64,000 nucleotides of DNA from Catajapyx aquilonaris (taxonomy: Eukaryota), in assembly GCA_000934665.2 (NCBI GenBank), contig JYFJ02000451.1, positions 62,001 through 126,000 of the forward strand. The letters are read 5' to 3'. Position 1 is the stretch's first letter. Every line of letters begins with the position of its first letter. This document shows, piece after piece, positions 37,501-49,800 of this stretch. The notes beneath the pieces were generated by a model. It saw only the letters and a program-made list of their open reading frames with translations. It did no database searches and was not told the origin of the DNA. Both the position numbers and the translations under genes were made by a program.

Positions 37501-39727
37501 TTCGTGAATTAAGTGCATTCATTCAAGAGTTTCCTAAGAGCATCACATCATATCCACGGATGAGCTCTGGAGTAACATTTGCTTAATATTTTTACACTTG
37601 ACATGAAATACTTCTGGGTGAATAGATTACTTCAAGAGTTGGCCTTGTAGTATCATGTCATCAGTGCGCAGTTAAACTTTAGCAGGAGCTAACAAATTAA
37701 GATCTTTTGGGGAGGCGAAGTGGTGCTGCGGTAACGTATGCGCCCGCGGATGTTAAGGTCCCGGGTTCGATCCCAACCCGGGGTTCCCCCCTTCATCTCG
37801 CGCAGAGTGAGACCGTGTCTGGCTTCGTTTCGGGTGGCGATCCTTCCACATATGCCACCCGGGGGAGTTCACAAAACGGCACATCAACGACATTGCACAC
37901 GCACTTTGCACATCCCCTCCTACCTACCCTTGGAACACACTAAATACTATCTTAGTATACCGGTTCCACCCAAATGGTGGTATTCCACCCCCCTAAAGGA
38001 AATGTAACTCCCAATGGGGTAATGCAAAAAAAAAAAAGATCTTTTATGAGTTCCTGGCTAAATGAATTGGGTCACGTACATTAGTTTGGCATCCTACTGA
38101 GAGGGAATTATTTATTTATTTGTAATCACACTTGTCTACATATACCAGAACATTCCAGAAATATTCCTTGGCACAAGTGCATTGTCCATTGTTAGTTTTA
38201 TTGCTTATGTTGTTGAAAGACAGTGTGACATCAGTGACCAAGTTCTGCTGCAGCTACTATAAAGGCTTGTACACATGCTTGAAACCCTCTTCTCTTGCAG
38301 GCTGTGATTACATCGTACAATGATGGCCCTCGCCCAGTGGTGGTGACCTCCGGACTGATGCACCAGTCTGCCCCCCGCAGCATGTACAGCAGCAGTATGA
38401 CTGCTCTTAACCGAGACAACACAATGTCAATCTACAACAATGGAGGGTTGGACCCTTCCCCTCAGCCTCCAGTCAGGATTAGTTCAGACGGTGGAGGGGT
38501 GGGGGGAGGAGGGGGTGCCTACCATGTTTCCAACCAGCCTAATTCTAACTCAAAGAATCTGAGTGTGTCTGAGACAAGACTGTGGCCTGGAGAAGGAAAA
38601 GGCAGGGCAGGGCAGCAAATGCAGCCTGTGTCTTTTTATAATAGACTTGGTAAGTTTATGTGATGGTTTATTACCTATTTTTTAAAGATCAAACATATAA
38701 TTGGACATGTTCAAGGCTCAGTGCCATGGCTGAAATTCTAGTTATTACAATAATTTGCACTGACATTGATAAGTTTTTGTTATAAGTCTGGAAATTGCAT
38801 GCAGAAATGTCCGAATGATTTTTCAGCTGCTGGCGTCTCTGGTCAGTAAGCTATTTTTAATTGAATACTGGCACTTTCTCATGATATTGACAATGATTAC
38901 CCTTAAATTAGCAGACATGCTGATTTTTCAATATCTGTGCTTATCTCTTACAATCAATTTTCAGCCACTGGTGATAGACCTGATCGACTGACACAGATCA
39001 ACACGGACAGCAGTGACTCGAGTTGGGGATCGAAAGAAGTCACCAATCATGTGGGTTACTCTCCTCCAACCAAAGCTTCTTCTCAGCCGCAAGACAGCAA
39101 CGGAAAAGGTTGGTGAATTGCATAATTTTTCGTAAGGCGAACTCATTTGACCTGCGCGATTCACTTTCAGGTGCCAAGTTGGGTGTGGTCCATCCTTTTG
39201 GGTTCAAGGCAGGACAAGAACAGTAAGTGCAATACTTATTCTGCTTATGGGTTACTCACACATCCCACTTCATGGGCTTAACCACATACCCAGCACTGTA
39301 GAGTGTGTAAATTGTTGCGATTGTCTGTCGCAGGAGCATTACGCCCCAGTCCAGTTCGACCAGTAGTGGGCGGTCCAGTCCCTCCATTAACTTAACAAGG
39401 TAGTTAGTCACTAACAAACTGCATGCTTGTGTGTGATCATTTGAAATGCATGGCATTACGCTCATTCTGCTGTGCGATTATTTCAGGCGAGTTCGAACTC
39501 TGTACGCCTGCGTGGGTGAACACAGTGGAGAGTTGTCTTTTGAGCCAAACCAAATCATTACAAATGGTGAGTGAAAATGTAATTAATTTTTGCAATTTAG
39601 AATGGCCTTAATGGTGTGGATCTGTTGTTTTGCAGTGAGACCTTCGGTGGAGCCTGGGTGGCTGGAGGGGACCCTCAATGGGAAAGCAGGACTGGTCCCT
39701 GAGAACTACGTGGAATATTTACCATAG
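22569..39727 (+). CDS. Graf: Graf/oligophrenin-family RhoGAP (ARHGAP26/10-like): BAR, PH, RhoGAP, SH3; ~939 aa
   Basis: Starts [20 protein letters not shown] (an in-frame ATG also lies at 22563). Exons 22569-22722, 28369-28526, 30015-30086, 31277-31378, 31792-31902, 32860-32964, 33281-33355, 34026-34095, 34171-34268, 34339-34433, 34497-34581, 34655-34982, 35967-36550, 38301-38649, 38965-39108, 39171-39222, 39334-39399, 39487-39566, 39636-39727 (2820 nt). Arginine finger [19 protein letters not shown]3 RTLYAC...[22 protein letters not shown]. The low-complexity C-terminal exons are less certain. Confidence 0.93.
22926..23335. repeat. Mixed-orientation minisatellite of a ~32-bp CCAATCAGAA-containing unit in Graf intron 1
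   Basis: Three tandem copies of GTTTCTGATACTTCTGATTGGCTAAAGGAGTA at 23002, 23034 and 23066. Degenerate inverted copies (TATCAGAAACTTACTACTTTAACCAATCAGA) at about 22950-22980 and 23120-23280. Confidence 0.8.
33786..33930. mobile_element. Short dispersed TIR element, copy 2 (with internal GGAACCTGCCT repeats)
   Basis: Ends CAAGGGGGTAAC...GAACCCCTTG; shares two blocks with 14584-14667 on the opposite strand. Confidence 0.65.
36669..37260. mobile_element. Mariner-type non-autonomous foldback element, 592 bp, ~250-bp inverted arms, TA TSD
   Basis: TA|TGAGGGCCGTACTAAAATGATTTACAAT... and ...ATTGTAAATCATTTTAGTATGACCCTCG|TA. The arms stay alignable through GCCCTCCAGGAAC..TTTTGGAGG and GTCAACA.TGTCCT.GAAA..GC.....GCGAAGG to about 36917/36997. 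Confidence 0.85.
37709..38035 (+). mobile_element. tRNA-derived SINE with poly(A) tail and 10-bp TSD
   Basis: A-box-like TGGTGCTGCGGT (37721-37732), B-box GGTTCGATCCC (37764-37774), A-tail from about 38026, and direct repeat AAGATCTTTT at 37699-37708 and 38036-38045. Confidence 0.85.
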
Positions 39728-41281
39728 CCAGGGAAGCAACGCTGCCAAAAAACTTTGTCATGATTTATTTTGAAAAGCCGAGTTCCTGAACTTTTTGCAC
39801 TTCTAGTGAGCATTCCTTTGTAAACATCTTGACTTCTGTACCCGTTCTTCAATGATTTTACCACAGTATTTTTGTACTGGTTTAGGTTTTTCAGTATTCC
39901 CCCCCACCCCTCCCCCCGAAAGATTGTTACTACAACTTAATTATGTACATTTAGGGACCAATTTTGTTTCTGCTCCTCAAGCAGTGCCATATTTCCAAAT
40001 GATAACCACCTGACCAGATGTTACAAGGAGATAAACACAGGTTCATAAATGTAACACATGATGTTACAGATATGTCTCAGGGCTGCTTTCTTTCTGAACA
40101 GGTTGAGATATACCACAATGCACAGATGATGTGCATTAGAGAAAAAAAAAAGGGCCAGTACATTCCTTCTTTATTAAGTTTTTATTTTGTTTGGTGTTCT
40201 GCTTTTTTTTTTTACCCTCTCTGCTCTTGTCGAATGATTTGTCCAGAATCTCCAGCATCTGTTTCCGAAATCTTCTGGTTGCACTTCTGGTTTCTTATTA
40301 AATGCCAAAGACAGGAGGATATGCAGAGTTTTATCAGACTTTGGTGCAGTGTTACCATTATTCTTGTTTGGATAAGTTGGGAGTTTAATGATGGTACCTG
40401 ACTTTTAAGAAAAAAGTTTTTCAGCTCCCACTTTGAGTATTGTTACCATTGTTAAAAGGCAAATTGTTTGAAGTGTTTTGTTTTTGGTGACTGTAACATA
40501 TTATTATGTAGGAAGGTATATTTATGAGCAGAATACTTTTACACATTGTACATGTATACAGATGTAATCACAAGTGAACATAGTCATTGTGTACCATCAA
40601 ACTGTTTTTGTATGTGATCTGACAGGGAAAAAATAATAATCCTTTCCGTTTGTGGAAGGAGACGCAGCAAGTCAAATATGTGTATTACATTAATATACAT
40701 GGTTGGCTCTGTGAAATGTTTCATGTTATATGGTAATCATTAAAGTAAATGGATTGTGCATTATTTGTTTTTATTTTCCTACAACAAAAACCTTCACTCT
40801 CTTCTGGTGGTCTTTTGCTAGCCAACAGGACATGGAAATATTGAATTCATGGGGTGTTTTTTTTAGTGCATTTTCAAGTTCATATAAAAGGAACCATGTT
40901 TCGTAAATGTGGTAAGGTCAGGTCCGTTGCGAAGAGGACAAAATGTTCACTTCTTTACACAAGCTGATGCCGCTACCCAGTGTGGTCCTGACGACAAAGA
41001 TTGCATGCCATTTACGCCCTGTTCGAAGCAGCCATGGGTAAAAATAGTCAACTCATTCTGCGGTTCGATTATAACCAGATGCCATAGGTGCAATGCACTG
41101 TAGCATCAACACAGGTTTATTTCAAGCGGCGCCAGACCAAGTGCGCAATAATTACGTAAATACGACGCCCTTTCCAACCGTATATACAGAACGAGATACG
41201 GTATAGCAGAGAGAGGGCGCTGATTGCCCACTTTCCCTCCTCCGCCGCCAGATGACTCCGCCTCCAACCCGATTGTTAAAC

Positions 41282-41291
41282 AGTGACGTCA
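41282..41291. promoter_or_regulatory. Palindromic CRE/ATF site (GTGACGTCAC) in the GC-rich putative promoter of the BTB-HMG gene
   Basis: Perfect TGACGTCA consensus inside a CpG-rich stretch (about 41120-41760) upstream of the ATG at 42149. Function is inferred only. Confidence 0.4.
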
Positions 41292-41760
41292 CAACAAGCG
41301 CCTCCCTCCCCTTCCCTCCCTCCCTTCCCCCTCCCCTACCTCTCAATCCACTGCGACACCACATCTTTACACACTTGGGATTGACCAAAAAAAAAGAAAA
41401 GAAGGAAAGGAACAGAAGGAGAAAAAAAAGGAACGAGGGATCGAAGAAGATTTGGCCGTGGTCCGGACTTGGCATCGTCGGTGTGCAACTGGCTGTGGGG
41501 CTGGACAGGGCTGGAGGGTATTGTTGGGAGGTTGGGGGCATTGTTGCGGAGGGAAGGACACTGCAGGAGGGGAGAGGATTGTTTCGGGGGCGTCAAAATG
41601 GCCGCGGCGGTGAAGTGAGGAGGACTTGTGGGGCGCACACACACTCGGGCGGACGATTGGCACGTGAGTATGACTGGTGGAGAGAGCATTGTTGCGGTAC
41701 TACACAGGAGACAAGCACTGTCTGGGAATATTGCAGGGTGCGTGTGCACTTGTGTGTAGT

Positions 41761-41883
41761 CCGAGGGGTTAGTCGCTTGTGAAGTCCTGTGCACACCGAG
41801 ACTGAAGTCCTGTTGAAGACCAGGTGACGTTCATGGAGTCCTTGAAGTCCACTGTACACTGTATCAAGTGACTAACCCCTCGG
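41761..41883. repeat. 19-bp inverted repeat enclosing four GAAGTCC-like motifs in the 5' region of the BTB-HMG gene
   Basis: CCGAGGGGTTAGTCGCTTG (41761-41779) pairs with CAAGTGACTAACCCCTCGG (41865-41883); the single mismatch is G.U on the + strand. Confidence 0.75.
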
Positions 41884-42148
41884 TGTAGCTGCACCAACTG
41901 AACAGATCAAAAATACACAATGCACGGTGTACGCGGCCTGTTTTGTGCATGCGATGTCGCCACGTACATGCGGTTTATTATTATTATAAGTTATAGTTTA
42001 TTATTATGATGGTTCATTAGCAATACTTTCGTTTACAGGACATGTGAAGAGTTGGACGACGGCGCAAGTTTCATTGGGTATTAAGGACGGCATTTCAAGT
42101 TAGAACTTCTAGTCAACAGCAGTAACCGGTAGGCTACCAGTCGCAGCG

Positions 42149-45100
42149 ATGTCGGCGGGACAGGAGTTTAACCTTAGGTGGAACAACCACACCAACAACA
42201 TGCTGCAGGTACATATGGGTGTGGCGTGTGGGTAATCTAACAATGCTCTTTGTTGTTTTTCTTGGGAATGGAAATAAGAGTATGAGTCATCAACCTTACT
42301 CAGTAAGATTTGTTGTTACCATTTCCTGCAATTTGAGGCGATAACCCTTGTCAAGAAATTTGGTACCGAGGTCTGAGTGCTTCATTGTTTGTAGTGATGG
42401 CTAAAGCTAGAGTCAGAACGTAATCACTATCAAGTGAACCTAATCTTATTGCACATGTCAGGCATGAGTAATTACAGTGGTGTCTTATTCTGTACATGAG
42501 ACTAGTTGCAATCACTGCTAAATGAATGGTTTATGGACTGATTATTTGTGTAAGTGACCAATGTGTAATCTCAATGGCAAGGTAATGTTATTCCTTTGCT
42601 AAATAATTTATTGAAGGATACAGTGACATAAGAACTAGACAATAGAAATTAAATTTATGGTACGTTGCACCACTTAATTGCCAGGTACAGTAGTGTTTGC
42701 ATGCAGTTGAGTTGTAGCACCACGAAAGGGCGCGTCTCAGAATCTTCAAAATTTATTGCAGGTGTTCATGGAGCAGCTGAGCTCTGAATCCCTAGTGGAC
42801 GTGACCTTGTCTTGTCAGGGCCGCTTCATCAAGGCTCACAAGATGGTGCTGAGTGCCTGCAGCCCGTATTTCCAGGAGGTGTTCAACCAGCACTCGGTCC
42901 AGCACCCAGTCATCATCATGAATGGGTTCAGATTCGAGGATGCAAAGGCCATTGTGGAGTTCATGTACAAGGGAGAGGTCAAAGTGAGTGAGGCAAACCT
43001 CCAGACCCTTCTGGCTGCAGCGGAGAGCCTGCAGGTCAAAGGGTTATGCACTGTGAGGAACTCGGGAGGAGGTCCCGGTGGTGAGGAAGGTGGAGGAGCC
43101 ATGGGAGCCATTGGTACCCCTACTGTCAACAAGATAGCAGGGAAGCAGTTTGGGACCTCCACGAACCTGCTCCAAACACCAGACAGTGGCAATGGGAGTC
43201 AGAGCAGTGGAGTCAGCAGTGCAGGAAATACTACTGGAGCCGTTGCTAAAAAGCGGAGGAGAAGAAATGCACACGAGGTGGGTTAATTTATCATAACAGA
43301 TTGGCTTCCAGGCTGTTGGATTTACACAGCACATGTCAGATTTTGGCTTTAATTCTTATGCTCATAAATCTTATGCTGCATCAATAGAGCCAGGTTTGAA
43401 CCATTCTTATCATGTCGGAATAGGAGAAATGGAACAGCCTTCAACAAGCGAACAATGGCAGAATGATAACGAGTAAGCTACTCCTGGGCTTTGACCTTGG
43501 AGCTTGGAACCGTGTATCACAGGACACTATTATGGCAGAGTTTCGAAACATTATTGTTGCGAGCAGAGGGGATCTGCAAAACCAAAAGACTGCTGAATAG
43601 GGCTGATGTGAATCTTTTCATTTTCCTTTTCAACAATGGGTTATGTATGCCCTATGCAATTTGGTATTATTTGATTAATAAATAATTTTTTGCTAATTGT
43701 AAGAGGAAAACGCAGCCACTATGTAGGATATTATTGAATGAATTTTGTTTCAGAGTGACATGAAATAACCCGTACCACCTCTCAATCATTTTGAATGAAT
43801 TTTCCACCAAAATTTCACAAAAGTTTCGGTTAAGTCTAAATACTATATAAACATAAATTATTCAAGCAAGTGTCCTGCAATACAGGCATTGACCTCGTGG
43901 TATTCACTTCGCTTATCACAGAGAATATTGTTTTTCTCGTTATCACATAGATTCAGCTGTGGATTTACTAATATTTTATTGTGCTCCTAGGACCCAGATA
44001 GTTTAATGACTTGCATTTTTACCAATTTTACGTTATGAAAATAACTTGCTGAGACACTTAAACACTCGAGATCTCTAAAAACATGCACTGAAATGTCTTT
44101 TCCTACGAAGGAATTGGATGCAAGTGCATTGATTTGAAGTGGACGTGAACCTGTGGTTGGCATGTTGTTAGCCTCAGAGGCATTGGCAGCTGCAAAGTGC
44201 AGGTGTTTAAGGTTACTGTTGTACCACTGCCACCTGGATGTGAGCCAAGCTGTCAAACTAGACATTGTTTGCTGCTTCTAACAGTGAAGCATTAAAAGAC
44301 ATTGTGAAGGCAAGGCACTAGGGATATTTTTAGTAGCAGCTCTATTGTTCAAGCGGCCATTGTAACCTAACCATGACCATCATGCATGCAAGCAGTATTG
44401 TGAGTGGACATGGTCGAATCTATTTTGAACTAATAAATAATGTGATTGTTATTGCGCATTGTCACGTATGAAGCAGGTTTTTGGCAGAATCTGGTGGATA
44501 ATTATGTTGTAAATATATTGTGGTTAAGATCATTAACATGGGGTTCAAAGATTTTTGAGGTTTTTCCTCATGCGTACGTATGCATTATCTTTCAGGGAAC
44601 TACCATGGCGGCAATCCCAGTGAAACGCATGGCCATTCCCTCAGGACTTGTTGCAAGGGCTGCTCCTGACCCTGCCCAAAATGACCAAGTGGAAGACAGC
44701 AATGATGATTTGCCACCAATGGTAAGTGTATTTTATGAAATTAGTTATTTTGGTGTCTGTTCCCATGATGTTATTTATTTATTGATTTTGAGTACCCTGG
44801 GGGATTCCCCATGATCTTGCGATACACAGTCTTAGTGTATACTGGGAAATTTGGCCTTACCCTGGTGACAATCATATCCTTCAGCTGGTATTTTTTTTAA
44901 ATTTCCCACATTCATTTACAGTTTTGTATGTGACGTGCCTGATGTCAAGTCACCTCATGTTTCAGATAAAAATAGAACCACCAGAGATCCGAGACATTGA
45001 CGAGGAGGACTCTGAGTCTGGAGGATGGGACTCCCCCCGACTGGTCATCGACACTGACAGTGCCATGGATGGAGGGGATAAGTGGCAGCAGAAGGATGGG

Positions 45101-46881
45101 CAGGATGGGCCAGACAAAGGTTGGTTTATTGCTTGCCAGAAGACCAACTGTCTTCGCTTGTGTGGGTGGTTGACTACTTATGCAAGCGAAGGACCACTGC
45201 ATGTGATAATACCTCCTCCCAAGTTGAATTAGTCACACCACACACATCTTGAGGCTTGTGGCTTCAAAGTAGCTCATTGCAACCAAAGTTTATTTGAGCA
45301 TTTGCATGAATTTAGGGAAAGTTTCCTATATTAAAGTGTAAAAGTCAAACTCATTTTTTTTTCTGCCTGTTTTTAAAGTTGTGAAAATCAGGTTTGAATA
45401 TTGCCAAGGATCTCTTCCAAGATTCATTTTGTGGTGTACTGCAATAGGTCCTTGGGCAGATCCTTTTTTATTTTAGTAACAACATTGAAGTAACAATAGA
45501 CTTTTTAAATCTCGACATTTGCATTCCCATTCTTAGTTTAGCATGAGTAGAAGACAATCGTATTAGAGAGCCTGTTTCTATGAACAGTACTTGGTTGCAT
45601 CATATGCCAATCCAATGCTATTGCTGGATCATCTCATGACAGATTGTCCAAATGTGATTACGAATTTCACTCCTCAGATATAAATTTGATGATAATTGTC
45701 CAGGTGACTAAAGCCCAGTCATATTTTGCATCAGAGTTGGGTTATATGTGCCCTCAGCAATGGAAATGTAAGAAGTTGCATGGCTGTCCAACACATATCC
45801 AGTTTGAATATCTGGACAATAATTCATCTGATGACTGCCGAAAAATTGATTTTCAATGGTGCGGCTCATGCAAGTGGGGGATTTGGTTTTGTATTGGGTT
45901 CATGATAAGCTATGCACATGACAATTTAAGGCTGAGCGAAATATACGTAATGACGAATTTTGAGTGTATAAGCCTTGTACATTTTAATGATATTGTCAAT
46001 TTTAATTAAAAGCAAACGTTTGTATTCTCATGTGTATTGCACATATTATGTGAATCCAGTGAAACACTTGGCCTGAACCTTTGCCTTTGTGGAAGGTTTT
46101 TCGGAGACTGAAGCCAACCATCTGTATACTCGTTTTGCACCTTTAATCCGGTCTGAGCTCTGTGTTGACGGTTTTGGTATATTTCAAAACAAAGTGTTTG
46201 GTGCCTAGAATTGACATTGTCTAAGATATATCATGGAGTAATTTAAGAATTTTTGTGATGTATCATTGTAACTAATTTTTTATCTTTCCAGGAGGAACAT
46301 CCAAAAATCCTGGCAGTGGCCCTGGCCCCTCCCACAACCTACACACCACCTCCCAGGCCAACCCCAAAGCAACATCACACATACTCACCTCCTCTGTAGT
46401 CTCCTACCCAATACCAGCCCCAGCGGTCTTGAAGGAGAAGATTCCTAGACCCCCAAATGCCTTTATGATTTTCGCCAATGAGTGGCGGAAGAAACTGGCA
46501 GTGGAGAACCCCTCAGAGAGCAACAAGGAAATAAGCATCCGGCTGGGGATAATGTGGAAGAATTTGGGGCTGGAAACCAAGGAAGGGTATTATGCGGCTG
46601 CTAAGCAGGCCAACGAGGAGCACAAACGGAAATACCCCGACTACTTCTACAGCCCCAAAGAGGCCAGGCTTAGGAAGAAGCTGAAGCAGCAGGCCATGAA
46701 CAGGGGTGGACAGGGTGGATTGGGAGGAGGGGGTGGAGGCGGCGGAGGAGCAGGAGGAGGAAGACAAGGGACACAGTCAGGGAATTACGATGTGGTGCAG
46801 CTTGTCAAGGTGTACATGAAGGACGATGAGGAGGATGGGGCGAGCGTTTCCAGGACTGGTGAAGGAGACGGTATGCTGTGA
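42149..46881 (+). CDS. Tramtrack-group BTB/POZ protein with a C-terminal sequence-specific-type HMG box, ~481 aa
   Basis: Exons 42149-42208, 42762-43277, 44596-44721, 44966-45119, 46292-46881 (1446 nt). BTB QEFNLRWNNHTNNM...LVDVTLSCQGRFIKAHKMVLSACSPYF...AAESLQVKGL; HMG KIPRPPNAFMIFANEWRKKLA...NKEISIRLGIMWK...HKRKYPDYFYSPK. Confidence 0.85.
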
Positions 46882-49800
46882 GGCAGGGGTAGGAAATGGG
46901 GAGTTGTATCTTTTACATGAAGGCTGACTGGTGGGGTGGGTATATAGGGAGTTATGTTCCCATTTTAAATTCTGAATTTACCAGGAAATGAAATTTATTT
47001 CAATGTAGGTAGTTATAGATTTTTTGTGTAGCTACCTTTTTTTGACACACCTGATTTAAACAGGTAATGCATGGCATTCTTTTAAAAATGAGATCGAAAG
47101 CAGCTATTGAAATGCAAATTGAAAACTACCGGTGAAGAATTATGAAACCCACACATGTAACATAATAGAAGCCACGTGTTTTTTTCTTTCTCTTTACCAT
47201 TACTAACATGATCATGTTATGTCAGAAACAGCAGAAAAGTTGACATAATGCAAAGTACTAGCGATATATTCTACTACACGACAAGCATTATTGCAGACAC
47301 TCTTCCATAGTAAAAGCATGTGAAAGGGTCCGGAGTAATACTGCGCTGATAGTGCATGCTAACAGTAAAGTAAGTTTTATACTAGAGGATTTACAGTTGG
47401 TTGATTTGTTTGCTTGATTGGGAAGGAACCAAAGCAATAGTTATCTGGCTATGTATGCACGCATCAGCCACGCATTCACCGTTGGTTGGGGGGAGCCAAA
47501 GCACTAAAACAGTAGTGGCACAGGGGAGGGTGAGCATTTTAGCTACAGGCTCTCATGGGCCAGGGTTACCTTTGTTGCTCTCTCAATAGTCCCTTAGCAA
47601 AATGTCTGGACTGGTGTGGACTAGGGACGTGTTTCTTGAACATGGCTGCATGACTTCAAGCTGAATTACTAACTTTTATGTTACTTATGTGGGCAGATTT
47701 GAACCTTTTTAAATTTTTGAATTTTATAGGCTGCTAATCGGCTGTCTAGCTGACATTCTTTCCTTAACCGACAAGCAGGATTTGTGAGTGAAGAAAAGGA
47801 CTGATGAGTTTGGCAGTGATGCTTACCTAGTTGTGATTCTAGCAGCAGAAAATGACCTTCCGTAGTACCAGAATCTGTCAATCGTATTTTAAATAATGGG
47901 AACATAATTTGTTTTGATAGAGTAGGAAAATTCATTACCTTTGGGAGGGGTGACGAGGGGGAATTTGAAGTCTTAAAGAGTTACTTGTGAACGTAGCAGT
48001 CTCCATTTGCGAAAGATTCCATTTAGTGGAAATGTCTTGACTGAAAATTAGGCTGCTGAGATGATTTCTTATGCAATGGCAGCATGGCGACTCACTTGAA
48101 TTGAATCGCTTTTGCTGAACAGCCTCAAGGTAGATGCAGGACATTTTTTTTTAAAAGATCAAGCAAGATATTTGTGCAATTTGTTGTGTTGTAAGATCAC
48201 TTCCCCCTCACCCGCATTTCCAAATGCACACTGTCAGTTCACAAGTCACGTGTACATACACACAAATACATTCAAGCAAGAAACGCGAAGCACCAGCCCC
48301 TCCAGAGTGTACATTTTACAAATCCTGCCAGAGACTTAATCTGACTATTGCGAGTGAAAGAAGAAAGTGCACCGCCTTTTCACGTTTTGGAAATGCAAAA
48401 ATGAGTAGTCAATGAACAAATCTACAAGCATGACTCTTTATACTGATATTTCTGTCACATGAGTTTACAATTGTGTGGGCAAAAATGCAAGGTGTTGATG
48501 TATGTTAATAGGAGGCGCGTGTGTGAAACACAAGTCATTGTATGTACAAGTTGCATAGTCTATTTTGGTCATCACACTAGTAGTCAATGAACAAAAATGG
48601 AAATGAAAAGTACCCCCCCATCGATGTGTTGAGTGATGAACAAGGTGTGAGTTTTGAAGCTTGTTGACCGCACATTAGGGAGTAAACTTTGTACAATTTA
48701 CTCCTCCCCCTCTGAGAGTCACATGAAAAGTCGTTGTTGCCATCATTTCTCCAACCTTTTTTAAAAATTTCTTGAGAAAAGAATATATATAGGCTTAGGC
48801 TTAGGGTTACGTGTGGGTTTGTTTGTGGAAAAAAAAAAGAGAAGTTTTTTGTAACATTTCCACCTGGTCTTGTAAAAACAAATGGTGCGTTTATATTTGT
48901 TTACGTTAACACTTTATTCAATATATTATTATTACTTTTTTTGAAATGTGTTGTGCAAGAGTGATTAGATTCTTTGTGTTGTAAGTTACTAATCTTCCTG
49001 TTTTTTATTTCAATGCCATGCGGGTGACTACATACTTTGAGACTGTTTGGATGGGATCAGTTTGGGAGAACAAACCAACCTTCACATTTTTTTTGTCACA
49101 AAATGAAAACACTTCTTTAATCGAAGCAAAATGTTGGTGAAGTCTCTCCTGCTGGTTGCGCCTCTGTTACAAGTGCAAGCAGCGGACTTGTGCCTTATGT
49201 GATAAAACTTCATTGTGAATATTTGTGCGTAACTCTTTTCGGAAGCGGTTCAAAAAAATTGAGGCAAAAGTGAAGGTTGGTGACATATGTTGCTCACCAT
49301 TTTTTTCTGCTGCAGTAGAGGTGGACTTAATCCATGACATTGAGGGTTCTGTATTTGTACATAGCTGCATTTTTCTGGTGCCATTAATTTCGACTGATTT
49401 GCTGAAGGGCCTGGACATCAAACTGGGAAACATTTTAGGCAATGTTTTGCACGTGGAATGAATGAAATATGCAACTTCACATTTTGGTTCACAGGCCTTG
49501 TGTACATTTAGTTCTCCGTTTCATGCGACCCTGCAAGTCATGCTTAGTTCCGGAAAATCTTGTAGTGCAGAAAAAATTGCGAAGAGTAGCATTCTTTTAT
49601 TATTTTATTTTTTTGGAAGAGGAGACTCAGTAGGTGTTTTTTTTATAGATGAAGCCATAACTCTGATGATATTGATGGGCAGGGATATTTGTCACATTAT
49701 GTTCTGACGTGTTCTTCCATATGCTAGTCTGTTCTCCACTTATTTACTTCCATGAACACACACAAAAAAGAGAAGCAATTTTTTAAATGCAGTGCTTTAA

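Noticed and set aside
37709..37790. Functional tRNA gene
   Set aside because: No clean cloverleaf or oligo-T terminator; it continues into a body with poly(A) and a TSD, so it is a SINE head.
39725..39763. Readthrough of the Graf TAG-C stop
   Set aside because: Only about 11 codons to the next stop, with no coding signature.
45644..46009. Cys-containing ORF in BTB-HMG intron 4 as an alternative zinc-finger 3' exon
   Set aside because: No C2H2, FLYWCH or BED spacing, and the composition is AT-rich and intron-like.
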